Assembly: GCA_964016885.1 (NCBI GenBank)
Contig: OZ024765.1
Span: 13,144,001 to 13,208,000, forward strand
Reading direction: 5' to 3'
Origin: Eledone cirrhosa
Taxonomy: Eukaryota
Length of the DNA stretch: 64,000 nt
Under the pieces are notes generated by a model. That model worked only from the letters and a program-made list of their open reading frames with translations. It made no database searches and was not told the DNA's origin. This document shows positions 38,560 through 52,885 of the stretch, in pieces (position 1 is the stretch's first letter; every line of letters begins with the position of its first letter). The position numbers were made by a program, and so were the translations under genes.

Positions 38560-40035
38560 ATGGCGAATGGACAAGAGGAATCACCATACTACTGCAATAT
38601 CTGTAAAAAGGCATTCTCTCAAAAACATAACTTAACTCTTCACAAGCGTGTTCATACAGGAGAGAAACCATATCGCTGTGATATCTGTGGTAAATCATTC
38701 TCTGGAAGAGCTAACCTGACTTCTCACACACGTACACATACAGGAGAGAAACCATATGATTGTGCTATATGTGGTAAATCATTTTCTAACAGAAGTAACT
38801 TAAATGCTCACAAGCGTGTTCATACAGGAGAGAAACCATATCACTGCAACATCTGTAGTAAATCATTCTCTGTAAAAGATAGATTGACTGATCATAAAAG
38901 TATTCATACAGGGGAGAAGCCATGTCACTGTGATATCTGTGGTAAATCATTCTGTGAAAATAGTCACTTACCTACTCATAAACGTAGTTATACAGGAGAG
39001 AAACCATATCACTGCAACATCTGTGGTAAATCATTCTCTACAAGTAATATATTGACTCGTCACAAACGTACACATACAGGAGAGAAACCATATCATTGCG
39101 ATGTCTGTGGTAAATCATTTTCTCAAAGTAATGAATTGACTGTTCACACACGTACACATACGGGGGAGAAACCATATCACTGTGACATCTGTGGTAAATC
39201 ATTCTCTACAAGTAATAAATTGACTGTTCACACACGTGTACATACAGGAGAGAAACCATGTTACTGTGACATATGTGGTAAATCATTCTCTACAAATAAT
39301 AACTTGACTAGTCACACACGTACACATACAGGAGAGAAACCATATCACTGCAACATCTGTGGTAAATCATTCTCTAGAAATGGTGACTTAACTACTCATA
39401 AACGTATACATACAGGAGAGAAACCATATCACTGTGACATCTGTGGTAAATCATTCTCTATAAGCAAAGACTTGACTGTTCACATACGTATACATACAGG
39501 AGAAAAACCATATCACTGTGATATCTGTGGTAAATCATTCTCTAGAAATGGTGACATAACTACTCATAAACGTATACATACAGGAGAGAAACCATATCAT
39601 TGTGATATCTGTGGTAAATCATTCTCTACAAGTAATAACTTGATTATTCACACACGTATTCATACAGGAGAGAAACCATACCACTGTGAAATCTGTGGTA
39701 AATCATTCTCTAGAAATGGTGACTTAACTACTCATAAACGTATACATACAGGAGACAAACCATATCATTGTGATATCTGTGGGAAATCATTCTCTACAAG
39801 TAATAACTTGACTCGTCACACACGTATACATACAGGAGAGAAACTATATCACTGTAACATCTGTGGTAAATCATTCCCTCGAAATGATGAATTGACTTGT
39901 CACACACGTACACATACAAGCGAGAAACCATATCATTGTGATATCTGTGGTAAATCATTCTCTCGGAGTAGTGAATTTACTGTTCACAAATGTATTTATA
40001 CAAGAGGGAATACTCCAGTTGAGTCAACAGCATGA
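38560..40035 (+). CDS. C2H2 ZNF-B2, 17 finger units (f5 and f17 degenerate)
   Basis: Intact 491-aa ORF; same termini as ZNF-B1. Confidence 0.9.
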   Translation: MANGQEESPYYCNICKKAFSQKHNLTLHKRVHTGEKPYRCDICGKSFSGRANLTSHTRTHTGEKPYDCAICGKSFSNRSNLNAHKRVHTGEKPYHCNICSKSFSVKDRLTDHKSIHTGEKPCHCDICGKSFCENSHLPTHKRSYTGEKPYHCNICGKSFSTSNILTRHKRTHTGEKPYHCDVCGKSFSQSNELTVHTRTHTGEKPYHCDICGKSFSTSNKLTVHTRVHTGEKPCYCDICGKSFSTNNNLTSHTRTHTGEKPYHCNICGKSFSRNGDLTTHKRIHTGEKPYHCDICGKSFSISKDLTVHIRIHTGEKPYHCDICGKSFSRNGDITTHKRIHTGEKPYHCDICGKSFSTSNNLIIHTRIHTGEKPYHCEICGKSFSRNGDLTTHKRIHTGDKPYHCDICGKSFSTSNNLTRHTRIHTGEKLYHCNICGKSFPRNDELTCHTRTHTSEKPYHCDICGKSFSRSSEFTVHKCIYTRGNTPVESTA

Positions 40036-42104
40036 CAGCCTTTCTCACGTTTGTCATGTACTTGATAAATGCAGCCACTACATGTTTTAAAGTTGTTGAT
40101 ACAAAGTGAATCCAGTTGTAGAAAGCTGGTCAACCAAAGAGGATCCTTCAGTTATTTCAAAGACATTACAACCTCTCTCATGATGCCGACACAAAAAAAT
40201 ACACTCTGTAAAATTTTGTAAGCTATATAAGTGAGATGCTGATCCCTGGCCAATCTGGGAAGTCAGTAGGTCTACGTTAGTACTGAGTTTGTCTGTGAAA
40301 ACCCGTCCAACTCTTGCTAGCAGGGAAATTAGAGATGAAATGTTGATGATTAAGATTTTGGTGGTCTATAACTTGTAGAAGATTATCAAACTCCTCCTGC
40401 CATCCACTTCCTCTGCACCCTCTACCACTCACCTTCCTGTCTGTCCCTTCCTATTCAACTTATTTCCCTTCTCACTCTCCTGTCTTTACCTGTCCCGTCT
40501 CGTGCTTCAATCAACTCTGCTGAAAGTTATTTTATTAATATTTATCTAGAGAAAAGAAAGCAAAGAAAAAATTAACTTTTTCGAAAAATTTTTTTCTTTA
40601 ATTTCTTGCTTGAAATGTTGATGGTTATTCCAAGAGTAAAACCCTACCTTGTGAGGTTTTTTGAAAATTAAATATTGTTAAAATTTATAAGAATCTGTAT
40701 TATTCTGTGTTGGTTTTTCATATTTTGTTTTTGTTGGTTTTCCTTATCTTTGTATCGAAATACAGTCAAGATTTAAAGAAATGAAAGTAATATTTGTTTA
40801 CAAGAAGAATTTTAATAGATATTAGAGTATGTTATATGTTGTGATTTCGCAGTGAAAGGAAGCTACAGTAGAGGAAGACCTGGGCAGAACTGGTGGGAGT
40901 TGAACCTGAAATACTGAACCTAACAAAGGAATGCAGTAGCAGGAAAGATGTGCTGGAAAAGACCTGTCCAATGTATTTAATCATGGAAAGGTAGACATAA
41001 AAGTATGATGATGATGATGATGATGATGCTGTAAGAGGTTTTTTCCATCTTCACATTCCCAAACCATATCACTGTAGCAGGAGTATGGACCTATATCAGT
41101 TTCAACAACAAGTATTCCAGTTGTTTGATCAACAGAACAGCCTGCTTATGAAATTAACATGAAAGTGGCAAGCAATCTTGTGCTAAAAATAGGTCTAAAG
41201 TCTGTCTGAAGCCGGGAGGCAAAGGCCAGTGTTTCTCTCAGTTTTTGTGGTGCTAAGTCGCCAAGGTTAATCCTGCCACCTGAATGCAGGTTGCTTTGCC
41301 TTATTATTATATGGGCACTAGCTGGGGTAAATATCTGCTCAGTTCTGGATCTGGCTGCATTATCCAGAAGTGATGAGAAAAAACCAGATGGCTTTACACT
41401 TTGTTTCTGGGTAAGAGGCAGGTGTTTTATCTGGGACACTATAGTCAGTGACACTTTTGCTCCTTCCCACATCATGGATGCTGTGGTAAATGTAAGGGTA
41501 AATGCTTCCATTGCCTAATGGAATAAAATCCTAATTTATTAGGAGCTATTGGACAATTATTTCTTCCAGCCTGTGGTATTTAAGATGATTTTTTGAGGAG
41601 CTGGGCTGCTGACGGCAAAATACTTGTCATTGCTGGTCTCTCGGTGTTAGGTGATACCCATGAGGGCGCCGAGTTGTTCCTGGACCTTGGTCTTGCCTTA
41701 CCAAGGTGTCAGGTAATACCATTGAGGGTAACGAATTGTTCCTGCCCCTTAGCCTTGACTTACTGTTGTGTCAGTTTATAACTTTGAAGGTGCTGGGTTG
41801 TTCCAGCACCTTAGCCACGCCATCACCCGTGCTAATGCTGCCAGCATATTGGTTTACTTTAAACATTTCCTTTGACACTTGTGATTTGCTGTGGGATAGA
41901 TTGTCGCATTTGGGAGTGAATTGATGGTAGTTTTTGTTTAATTTCCACTCCTCATTCTTTCACTCTTATTGTGTATTTTGGTGCGTTGTATTTGTGAGGT
42001 TCCTAGCAATGGTTAATTGTATTTTTTATATGTGTTTATATTTTCATTCTGATGGAATTGTGAACACTTTGTAATAATTTTTTAATCCAAATAAAATTTT
42101 AACA

Positions 42105-43944
42105 TCTATATATCTAAAACAGAGAATGTCTGTCTGTCTGACTCCCTAAAACTCGAGAACCACCGAACCGATTGTTTTCAAACTTTACACATGTAATACT
42201 TATGGTCCCGTGAGTGTTTTGAGCAAAAACAATTTGAAATTTTCAATGCCCTAGGGACTGCATAAGGCGATTTAGCGATCTCTCTCTATAATTCTTAGTC
42301 TTGCTTTTTAGATAGATACATAGATACAACGTTGTGCCCTTATAGTATGTCTGGCTGTCTGCATTACGGCATTATAGCTTCACTATCCGTGTGTGTATAT
42401 ATCTATATATAGTGTGTGTATATATATGTGTGTAACGTTTTTCGAAATATTTACTTCTGCGTTCACAGATTGATTTGTTTAGTTTCAGAAGATCCCGTTA
42501 AGGGTGAAAGCAGCGATTCTTTGCTTAAACTTTAATCTGTTATTTTAATATAACGTTATTTGCCTATAACGATAACCTGTTATCCCGTATATATAGGGAC
42601 AGTAGCCCCGCCACACCGAGCCCACGGTAAACCACACCCTGCACTTTCACCACCCTTACCCCTACCTCAATCGACTCCTATGGCAGCACAGACATGCATA
42701 TATCCATACATAGATCCAGTTATTTAAGATTCTACATGCACTGATACTTACATATGTGTGTGTGTGCGAGTATATATATACATTTATATATGTCGGTGTG
42801 TGTGTTTGTATAATCTGTGTGTGAATAGGGGATGCACCTGGGCCCGTGTTGGTGCGTGTGGGCTTGCAACGATGTGGGTTGACATACACGCATATGTACT
42901 CTATGCTGAATTAAAAACTGTAGTCCTCTGCATTTCCTGATTTTGACACTCAGGTTATGGTATTTTACACTCCACTCTTGCCTCATTTGCTCTTAAAACG
43001 CACCACCCCATGATATTGTAAAGATCGTAATCCTTTGCATTTCCTGATTCTGACACATAGCCTTTATACTTCAGTCAATATTTTCTAAATCTTTAAAACT
43101 TTTATGTTGGCTATAACACACCCTCATTTTATTCTTCTTTGATATTTGATATTGGCTATAACAAACACGCATTTTATTCCATTTTATTCATTTATTTATT
43201 TAGTATTTTACTTCATTTTATTGAATCGTATCTTATTATTTTATTATTTATTTTATCTAATTTTTTTTATATTTGATTTCTTCATTTTACCTTATCTGAT
43301 TCCATTATCTGTTTGGCACCCCCACCATGTGAAAGGGTTGTAGGATTGATGCCAACCCACACACACTCATTATTCTAAAGACAGCAGCAGTAGAACTAAG
43401 GCTGACCCCCCCTAATACCAATAAACACAAGGGAGGAGGTCAGCTGTACTTAACAAAAACAACCACAACAGATTGTCTTGCCTCATAAAAAAATTATTTT
43501 ATGGAGGAATATGGCTTAGTGGTTAGAACATTGGCCTTGCAAACGAAAGGTTGTGAATTCAATTCTCAGACCGAGTGATGTGTTGTTTCCTTGAGCAAGA
43601 CACTTTATTTCACATTGCTTCAGTTTACTCAGCTGTAGAAATGAGATGATAGGGACTGGGGTCCAAATCATTCCAATGCAAAGTGGTCGTGGAGGTGCCA
43701 CGGCAAAAAGCACCCAGCACTCACTGTAAATGAGGTTGGTGTTAGGAAGGGCATCCAGCTGTAGAAATCAAGCCAGAATCAGTTCCCGTCCCACCCTTGC
43801 AAGCAGGGAAAAGTGGACGTAAAATGAAATGATGATGAATGATGATATATAATTATATATTCGTGTACAGATAAGGATAAATATATATTAAATATATATT
43901 TAACACTAGAGCAAATCCCGAGCAACGCCGGGCCATTTTGTTAG
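42105..43944 (+). mobile_element. Helitron-like module, unit 2 (contains SINE B ~43513-43847)
   Basis: A|TCTATATATC ... cccgagcaacgccggg...TTAG|T. Confidence 0.65.
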
Positions 43945-45306
43945 TCATATATAAAAGAAAAAATATTTTTAAAAGAGTTATTTCACGAGAAATATTGTTA
44001 AATACAAAGATGTTCACTGTCGGCCATTGTTTCGTACACAGCTCTATTAAATGGTAAATTATATTTTATAACTGGTTTTTACTGTGATCTAATTAAATAG
44101 AATTCATTATTGATTATCTGTATAAAAATGCAGATACAACATTAATATGTTTAAGCTAGCAACATTAATCAACGTTTGTTTTAACATCTAGATATCTTGA
44201 AGCTGCCATTCATTGTCCTGTTTGTCTTAAGTTCTGACAATTTCAACATATTGTCACATCTTACGTTTTAAATACGAAAGTATTTTACATATATATTATT
44301 GTAAACATATCTTTTTACCTTTATCACATCTTCCGTATTAAATATGTAAGTATCATGTACCTATATTATTGTAAATATATCTCTTTACCTTCATTTCTTC
44401 AATATTAAATATGTAAAGTATTATATTTTTATTTTATTGCAAACATATCTCTTTACTTTCACCTTTATATTTTGATATGTTCAGTGAGATAAATAAAAAA
44501 AGAAACTTTACGAAAGTAATGATGCTGTTTTCATACTTCAAATCTTCGTTTTCCATTCATCACTCCATTCCAGTTTTTGTTATTTCTTACGACTGAACAT
44601 CGACAGAAAGACAAGGTTTGTAATTTTAAACTGCAGTCTTATTTAGACTGTATTTACTTATATTTCTACCATGTGATAGGTTTTAGTGTTGCTAATTAGA
44701 CATCGATATTAATTCTCCACTCTACCACCTGGTCTGAAATTATCGATTAAACAGATTTAATCAACAACATATACTGTCTCTCTACATATATATATGTACA
44801 TAAGCCGGCGTAATTCTTTGTCTCTACTATATATATATAATTCTTTGCCTTGTATTTTTAAACCCCAGTCTTATTTAGGCCGTATATTTCTACCATATCG
44901 AGCAAGGCCATTCCCGTAATGGGATCAGGTCCTTGTCTTCTTTCCTACTTATTAACACTTTGGTTTGAAGGAGATTTGTTGTTGATGAAAATTACAGCTA
45001 CGATTCTTGTATTTTGTATTTTATTTTTATTATTTCTAATCATCCCACTCTCAATTAATGATTGTATTCCTATAATAATATATATTAAAAATGAACTACA
45101 TGATGCTTGGTGAGCTGACAGAATAGTGCCATATCCAACCTTCATACCGCCTTTCCATCACATTCCTATCTGTCTGTCTACCTTTCTCATTCTAATGAAC
45201 TGAATGGCTTCATTGGGTAGACGCCACCTTCCCATCTTTGCATGACCTGGATAGATGTGGGCTGTATAAGCCACTAGAATGTCAGCTTATCAAGGAGAAC
45301 AGTGAC
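43116..45306 (+). repeat. ~2.19-kb extra copy / gene-less unit remnant
   Basis: At 45305 the sequence jumps from agtgac (normally followed by tctgaa) to acacaccctcatttta seen at 43116; 2-bp microhomology. Confidence 0.85.
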
Positions 45307-46556
45307 ACACCCTCATTTTATACTTCTTTGATATTTGATATTGGCTATAACAAACACGCATTTTATTCCATTTTATTCATTTATTTATTTAGTATTTTAC
45401 TTCATTTTATTGAATCGTATCTTATTATTTTAATATTTTTTTTATATTTGATTTCTTCATTTTACCTTATCTGATTCCATTATCTGTGTGGCACCCCCCA
45501 CCATGTGAAAGGGTTGTAGGATTGATGCCAACCCACACACACTCATTATTCTAAAGACAGCAGCAGTAGAACTAAGGCTGACCCCCTAATACCAATAAAC
45601 ACAAGGGAGGAGGTCAGCTGTACTTAACAAAAACAACCACAACAGATTGTCTTGCCTCATAAAAAAATTATTTCATGCAGGAATATGGCTTAGTGGTTAG
45701 AGCATTGGCCTTGCAATCGAAAGGTTGTGAGTTCAATTCTCAGACCGAGTGATGTGTTGTTTCCTTGAGCAAGACACTTTATTTCACATTGCTTCAGTTT
45801 ACTCAGCTGTAGAAATGAGATGATAGGGACTGGGGTCCAAATCATTCCAATGCAAAGTGGTCGTGGAGGTGCCACGGCAAAAAGCACCCAGCACTCACTG
45901 TAAATGAGGTTGGTGTTAGGAAGGGCATCCAGCTGTAGAAATCAAGCCAGAATCAGTTCCCGTCCCACCCTTGCAAGCAGGGAAAAGTGGACGTAAAATG
46001 AAATGATGATGAATGATGATATATAATTATATATTCGTGTACAGATAAGGATAAATATATATTAAATATATATTTAACACTAGAGCAAATCCCGAGCAAC
46101 GCCGGGCCATTTTGTTAGTCATATATAAAAGAAAAAATATTTTTAAAAGAGTTATTTCACGAGAAATATTGTTAAATACAAAGATGTTCACTGTCGGCCA
46201 TTGTTTCGTACACAGCTCTATTAAATGGTAAATTATATTTTATAACTGGTTTTTACTGTGATCTAATTAAATAGAATTCATTATTGATTATCTGTATAAA
46301 AATGCAGATACAACATTAATATGTTTAAGCTAGCAACATTAATCAACGTTTGTTTTAACATCTAGATATCTTGAAGCTGCCATTCATTGTCCTTTTTCTC
46401 TTAAGTTCTGACAATTTCAACATATTGTCACATCTTACGTTTTAAATACGAAAGTATTTTACATCTATATTATTGTAAACATATCTTTTTACCTTTATCA
46501 CATCTTCCGTATTAAATATGTAAGTATCATGTACCTATATTATTGTAAATATATCT

Positions 46557-46742
46557 GGGCGGTGGATTGGCAGTATCGGTAGAGGGTCGGACGCCATGCT
46601 TTCCAGCATAGTTACGTCCCTTTACGATCTGAGTTCAAATCCCGCCGAGGTTGACTTTGCCTTTCATCCTTACGGGGTCGATAAAATAAAGTACCAGTAA
46701 TGAACTGGGTAATTGCTGGCCTTGTGCCTAAAAGTAGAAACA
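46557..46742 (+). mobile_element. SINE family A, full length, 18-bp TSD
   Basis: TSD attattgtaaatatatct on both sides; empty sites at ~36525, 44375, 62150. Confidence 0.9.
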
Positions 46743-48752
46743 ATTATTGTAAATATATCTCTTTACCTTCATTTCTTCAATATTAAATATGTAAAGTATT
46801 ATATTTTTATTTTATTGCAAACATATCTCTTTACTTTCACCTTTATATTTTGATATGTTCAGTGAGATAAATAAAAAAAGAAACTTTACGAAAGTAATGA
46901 TGCTGTTTTCATACTTCAAATCTTCGTTTTCCATTCATCACTCCATTCCAGTTTTTGTTATTTCTTACGACTGAACATCGACAGAAAGACAAGGTTTGTA
47001 ATTTTAAACTGCAGTCTTATTTAGACTGTATTTACTTATATTTCTACCATGTGATAGGTTTTAGTGTTGCTAATTAGACATCGATATTAATGCTCCACTC
47101 TACCACCTGGTCTGAAATTATCGATTAAACAGATTTAATCAACAACATATACTGTCTCTCTACATATATATATGTACATAAGCCGGCGTAATTCTTTATC
47201 TCTACTATATATATATAATTCTTTGTCTTGTATTTTTAAACCCCAGTCTTATTTAGGCCGTATATTTCTACCATATCGAGCAAGGCCATTCCCGTAATGG
47301 GATCAGGTCCTTGTCTTCTTTCCTACTTATTAACACTTTGGTTTGAAGGAGATTTGTTGTTGATGAAAATTACAGCTACGATTCTTGTATTTTGTATTTT
47401 ATTTTTATTATTTCTCATCATCCCACTCTCTCAATTAATGATTGTATTCCTATAATAATATATATTAAAAATGAACTACATGATGCTTGGTGAGCTGACA
47501 GAATGGTGCCATATCCAACCTTCATACCGCCTTTCCATCACATTTCTATCTGTCTGTCTACCTTTCTCATTCTAATGAACTGAATGGCTTCATTGGGTAG
47601 ACGCCACCTTCCCATCTTTGCATGACCTGGATAGATGTGGGCTGTATAAGCCACTAGAATGTCAGCTTATCAAGGAGAACAGTGACTCTGAATAAAAACT
47701 AATATAGGGTGGAGAGGGCCCTTGAGTTTGGTCTGACAACATCTTGAATGTTGCTGGCACCAAGAACACACCCAGTCCACACTGCAAAGTGTTTGTGATA
47801 GGAAGGGTATCCAGTCAGAAAGTCTCTGCTAAATATGAAAGCAAATATTATATTGCATATATATCTTGGAAGATTGAATTGGATTAGTTCTATTGTTCAG
47901 GTAAAGTTTTATATTTACAATTTATTAATGTAGAAATATAGTAAAAAATCTCAAGTTTGAATCACTATATTTTATATATCTTCTATATGTTAGATAAATA
48001 TAAACATTTTAAGCAGGATTTTTTAACCATTTAGCATTTAAACTGGCCATATCTGGCCAAAATCTCACCTCTTTCTGTTCAAACTGACTGTAAGTGGCTG
48101 CTCATACTGATATTAAGGTATTGTTCTCATAGATTTGATATTATGTGAGATAAATCCTTTACCATGAAAATATAATAGTATATATAGATTAATGTAAATG
48201 CTAAAGGGTTGAACATCAAATTGTTACGGGGTCCACCATAGTAAAATAAGAATCAAAGAGGTCCATAGGTAAAATAAGGTTGATAACCACTGTTTTGTGT
48301 TAGATAAATATAAACACTTTAAACCAGCTTTAAATATCCTGAATATCTTATACTGTTTCTCTATTATTTCAGAATATCGGATGACATCAACATTAAAGTA
48401 TTTTCTATACCAGAAACATCAATATTTATTTCACATGTTTTAAAGACTATACAGAACACATATGACCTTGTCTATTTATTAAATCTGTAAATTACTGTGA
48501 AATATTTCATTTCAACTGAGATTATTTCTCTACTTTACTGTCTGGAATGTGTTGAAGTTGACTTTGTATTGTGACTAAATTTGGATAAATTAGATAAATT
48601 TACAAAGGAGTTTGTAACATATTTTGACATCAACATCAAAGTTGATGGAAATATAGCAGAAAGAATATTTCTTAAGAATAAATTATAAAAAAAAGAGGTA
48701 AAGTTGGTACAAAAGAATTTAAGACTTACCTGAATACATTGTTGGTGAGGAG

Positions 48753-50636
48753 ATGGCGAATGGACAAGAGGAATCACCATACCACTGCAATATCTGTAAA
48801 AAGGCATTCTCTCAACAACATAACTTAACTCTTCACAAGCGTGTTCATACTGGAGAGAAGCCATATCGCTGTGATATCTGTGGTAAATCATTCTCTGTAA
48901 AAGATAGATTGGCTCGTCACATACGTACACATACAGGAGAGAAACCATATCATTGTGATGTCTGTGGTAAATCATTTTCTCAAAGTAATGAATTGACTCT
49001 TCACACACGTACACATACAGGAGAGAAACCATATCACTGTGAAATCTGTGGTAAATCATTCTCTATAAGTAATAACTTGACTAGCCACACACGTACACAT
49101 ACAGGAGAGAAACCATATCACTGTGACACCTGTGGTAAATCATTCTCTATAAGCAAACACTTGACTGTTCACATACGTATACATACAGGAGAAAAACCAT
49201 ATCATTGTGCTATCTGTGGTAAATCTTTCTCTACAAGTCATATATTGACTTGTCACACACGTATTCATACAGGAGAGAGACCATATCATTGTGATGTCTG
49301 TGGTAAAACATTTTCTCAAAGTAGTGAATTGACTGTTCACACACGTACACATACGGGGGAAAAACCATATCACTGTGACATCTGTGGTAAATCATTCTCT
49401 ACAAGTAATAACTTGACTAGCCACACACGTATACATACAGGAGAGAAACCATATTACTGTGATATCTGTGATAAATCATTCTCTACAAGTAATAGCTTGA
49501 CTAGTCACACACGTACACATACAGGAGAGAAACCATATCACTGTGAAATCTGTGGTAAATCATTCTCTAGAAAGGGTGAGTTAACTATTCATAAACATAT
49601 ACATACAAAAGAGAAACCATATCGCTGTGATATCTGTGGTAAATCATTCTGTACAAGTTATACCTTGACTATTCACATACGTACACATACAGGAGAAAAA
49701 CCATACCATTGTGATATCTGTGGTAAATCATTCTCTAGAAATGGTCACTTAACTATTCATAAACGTATACATACAGGAGAGAAACCATATCATTGTGAGA
49801 TCTGTGGTAAATCATTCTCTGGTAGTGCTGACCTGACTTCTCACACACGTACACACAGAGGAGAGAAACAATATGATTGTGCTATCTGTAGCAAATCATT
49901 CTCTTCAACTCATATATTGACTGTTCACACACGTACACATACGGGGGAGAAACCATATCATTGTGATGTCTGTGGTAAATCATTTTATCAAAGTAATGAA
50001 TTGACTGTTCACACCTGTACACATACGGGGGAGAAACCATATCACTGTGAAATCTGTGGTAAGTCATTCTCTACAAGTAATAACTTGACTAGCCACACAC
50101 GTACACATACAAGAGAGAAACCATATCATTGTGATGTTTGTGGTAAATCATATTCTCAAAGTAATAAATTGACTGTTCACATACGTACACATACGGGGGA
50201 GAAACCATATCACTGTGACATCTGTGGTAAATCATTCGTTAGAAATGGTGACTTAACTATTCATAAACGTGTACATACAGGAGAGAAACCATATCACTGT
50301 GACACCTGTGGTAGATCATTCTCTATAAGCAAAAACTTGACTCGTCACACACGTATACATACAGGAGAGAAGCCATATCATTGTGATATCTGTGGTAAAT
50401 CATTCTCTATAAGCAAAAACATGACTATTCACACACGTATTCATACAGGAGAGAAACCGTACCACTGTGAAATCTGTGGTAAATCATTCTCTAGAAATGG
50501 TGACCTAACTACTCATAAACGGATGCATACAGGAGAGAAACCATATCATTGTGATATCTGTGGTAAATCATTCTCTATAAGTAATAACTTGACTCGTCAC
50601 ACACGTATACATACAGCAGAGAAACTACATCCCTAA
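48753..50636 (+). CDS. C2H2 ZNF-B3, 22 fingers, prematurely stopped
   Basis: 627-aa ORF; ends HTAEKLHP* through a 2-nt deletion. Confidence 0.9.
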   Translation: MANGQEESPYHCNICKKAFSQQHNLTLHKRVHTGEKPYRCDICGKSFSVKDRLARHIRTHTGEKPYHCDVCGKSFSQSNELTLHTRTHTGEKPYHCEICGKSFSISNNLTSHTRTHTGEKPYHCDTCGKSFSISKHLTVHIRIHTGEKPYHCAICGKSFSTSHILTCHTRIHTGERPYHCDVCGKTFSQSSELTVHTRTHTGEKPYHCDICGKSFSTSNNLTSHTRIHTGEKPYYCDICDKSFSTSNSLTSHTRTHTGEKPYHCEICGKSFSRKGELTIHKHIHTKEKPYRCDICGKSFCTSYTLTIHIRTHTGEKPYHCDICGKSFSRNGHLTIHKRIHTGEKPYHCEICGKSFSGSADLTSHTRTHRGEKQYDCAICSKSFSSTHILTVHTRTHTGEKPYHCDVCGKSFYQSNELTVHTCTHTGEKPYHCEICGKSFSTSNNLTSHTRTHTREKPYHCDVCGKSYSQSNKLTVHIRTHTGEKPYHCDICGKSFVRNGDLTIHKRVHTGEKPYHCDTCGRSFSISKNLTRHTRIHTGEKPYHCDICGKSFSISKNMTIHTRIHTGEKPYHCEICGKSFSRNGDLTTHKRMHTGEKPYHCDICGKSFSISNNLTRHTRIHTAEKLHP

Positions 50637-50814
<178 letters not shown>

Positions 50815-52885
50815 CAGCCTTTCTAACGTTTGTCATGTACTTGATAAATGCAGCCACTACATGCTTTAAAGTTGTTGATACAAAGTGAATCCAGTTGTAG
50901 AAAGCTGGTCAAACAAAGAGGATCCTTCAGTTATTTCAAAGACATTACAACCTCTCTCATGATGCCGACACAAAAAAATACACTCTGTAAAATTTTGTAA
51001 GCTATATAAGTGAGATGCTGATCCCTGGCCAATCTGGGAAGTCAGTAGGTCTACGTTAGTACTGAGTTTGTCTGTGAAAACCCGTCCAACTCTTGCTAGC
51101 AGGGAAATTAGAGATGAAATGTTGATGATTAAGATTATGGTGGTCTATAACTTGTAGAAGATTATCAAACTGCTCCTGCCATTCACTTCCTCTTCACCCT
51201 CTACCACTCACCTTCCTGTCTGTCCCTTCCTATTCAACTTATTTCCCTTCTCATTCTCCTGTCTCAATCAACTCTGTCCCGTCTCCTGCTTCAATCAACT
51301 CTGCTAAACGTTATTTTATTAAAATTTATCTAGAGAAAAGAAAGCAAAGAAAAAATTAACTTTTTCGAAACATTTTTTTTCTTTAATTTCTTGCTTGAAA
51401 TGTTGATGGTTATTCCAAGAGTAAAACCCTACCAAGTACCTTGTGAGGTTTTTGAAAATTAAATTTTGTTAAAATTTATAAGAATCTGTATTATTCTGTG
51501 TTGGTTTTTCATATTTTGTTTTTGTTGGTTTTCCTTATCTTTGTATCGAAATACAGTCAAGATTTAAAGAAATGAAAGTAATATTTGTTTTCAAGAAGAA
51601 TTTTAATAGATATTAGAGTATGTTATATGTTGTGATTTCGCAGTGAAAGGAAGCTACAGTAGAGGAAGACCTGGGCAGAACTGGTGGGAGTTGAACCTGA
51701 AATGCTGAACTTAACAAAGGAATGCAGTAGCAGGAAAGATGTGCTGGAAAAGACCTGTCCAATGTATTTAATCATGAAAAGGTAGACATCAAAGTGTGAT
51801 GATGATGATGCTGTAAGGGGTTTTTTTCATCTTCACATTCCCAAACCATATCACTGTAGCAGGAGTATGGACCTATATCAGTTTCAACAACAAGTATTCC
51901 AGTTGTTTGATCAACAGAACAGCCTGCTTATGAAATTAACATGAAAGTGGCAAGCAATCTTGTGCTAAAAATAGGTCTAAAGTCTGTCTGAAGCCGGGAG
52001 GCAAAGGCCAGTGTTTCTCTCAGTTTTTGTGGTGCTAAGTCGCCAAGGTTAATCCTGCCACCTGAATGCAGGTTGCTTTGCCTGATTATTATATGGGCAC
52101 TAGCTGGGGTAAATATCCGCTCAGTTCTGGATCTGGCTGCATTATCCAGAAGTGATGAAAAAAAAACAGCTGACTTTACATTTTGTTTCTGGGTAAGAGG
52201 CAGGTGTTTTATCTGGGACACTATAGTCAGTGACACTTTTGCTCCTTCCCACATCATGGATGCTGTGGTAGATGTAAGGGTCAATGCTTCCATTGCCTAA
52301 TGGAATAAAATCCTAAATTACTGGGAGCTATTGAACAATTATTTCTTCCAGCCTGTGGTATTTAAGACGTTTTGAGGAGCTGGGCTGCTGACGGCAAAAT
52401 ACTTGTCATTGCTGGTCGCTCGGGGTGTCAGGTGATACCCATGAGAGCGCTGAGTTGTTCCTGGACCTTGGTCTTACCTTACCAAGGTGTCGGGTAATAC
52501 CATTGAGGGTAACGAATTGTTCCTGCCCCTTAGCCTTGACTTACTGTTGTGTCAGTTTATAACTTTGAAGACGCTGGGTTGTTCCAGCACCTTAGCCACG
52601 CCATCACCCGTGCTAATGCTGCCAGCATATTGGTTTACGTTAAACATTTCCTTTGACACTTGTGATTTGCTGTGGGATAGATTGTCGCATTTGGGAGTGA
52701 ATTGATGGTAGTTTTTGTTTAATTTCCACTCCTCCTTCTTTCACTCTTATTGTGTATTTTGGTGCGTTGTATTTGTGAGGTTCCTAGCAATGGTTAATTG
52801 TATTTTTTATATGTGTTTATATTTTCATTCTGATGGAATTGTGAACACTTTGTAATAATTTTTTAATCCAAATAAAATTTTAACA

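Noticed and set aside
43513-43590. tRNA gene-like A/B boxes
   Set aside because: SINE heads continuing into CORE-like body and LINE tail; no full cloverleaf
48535-49373. Antisense ORFs [12 protein letters not shown]
   Set aside because: Shadow frames of the C2H2 repeats
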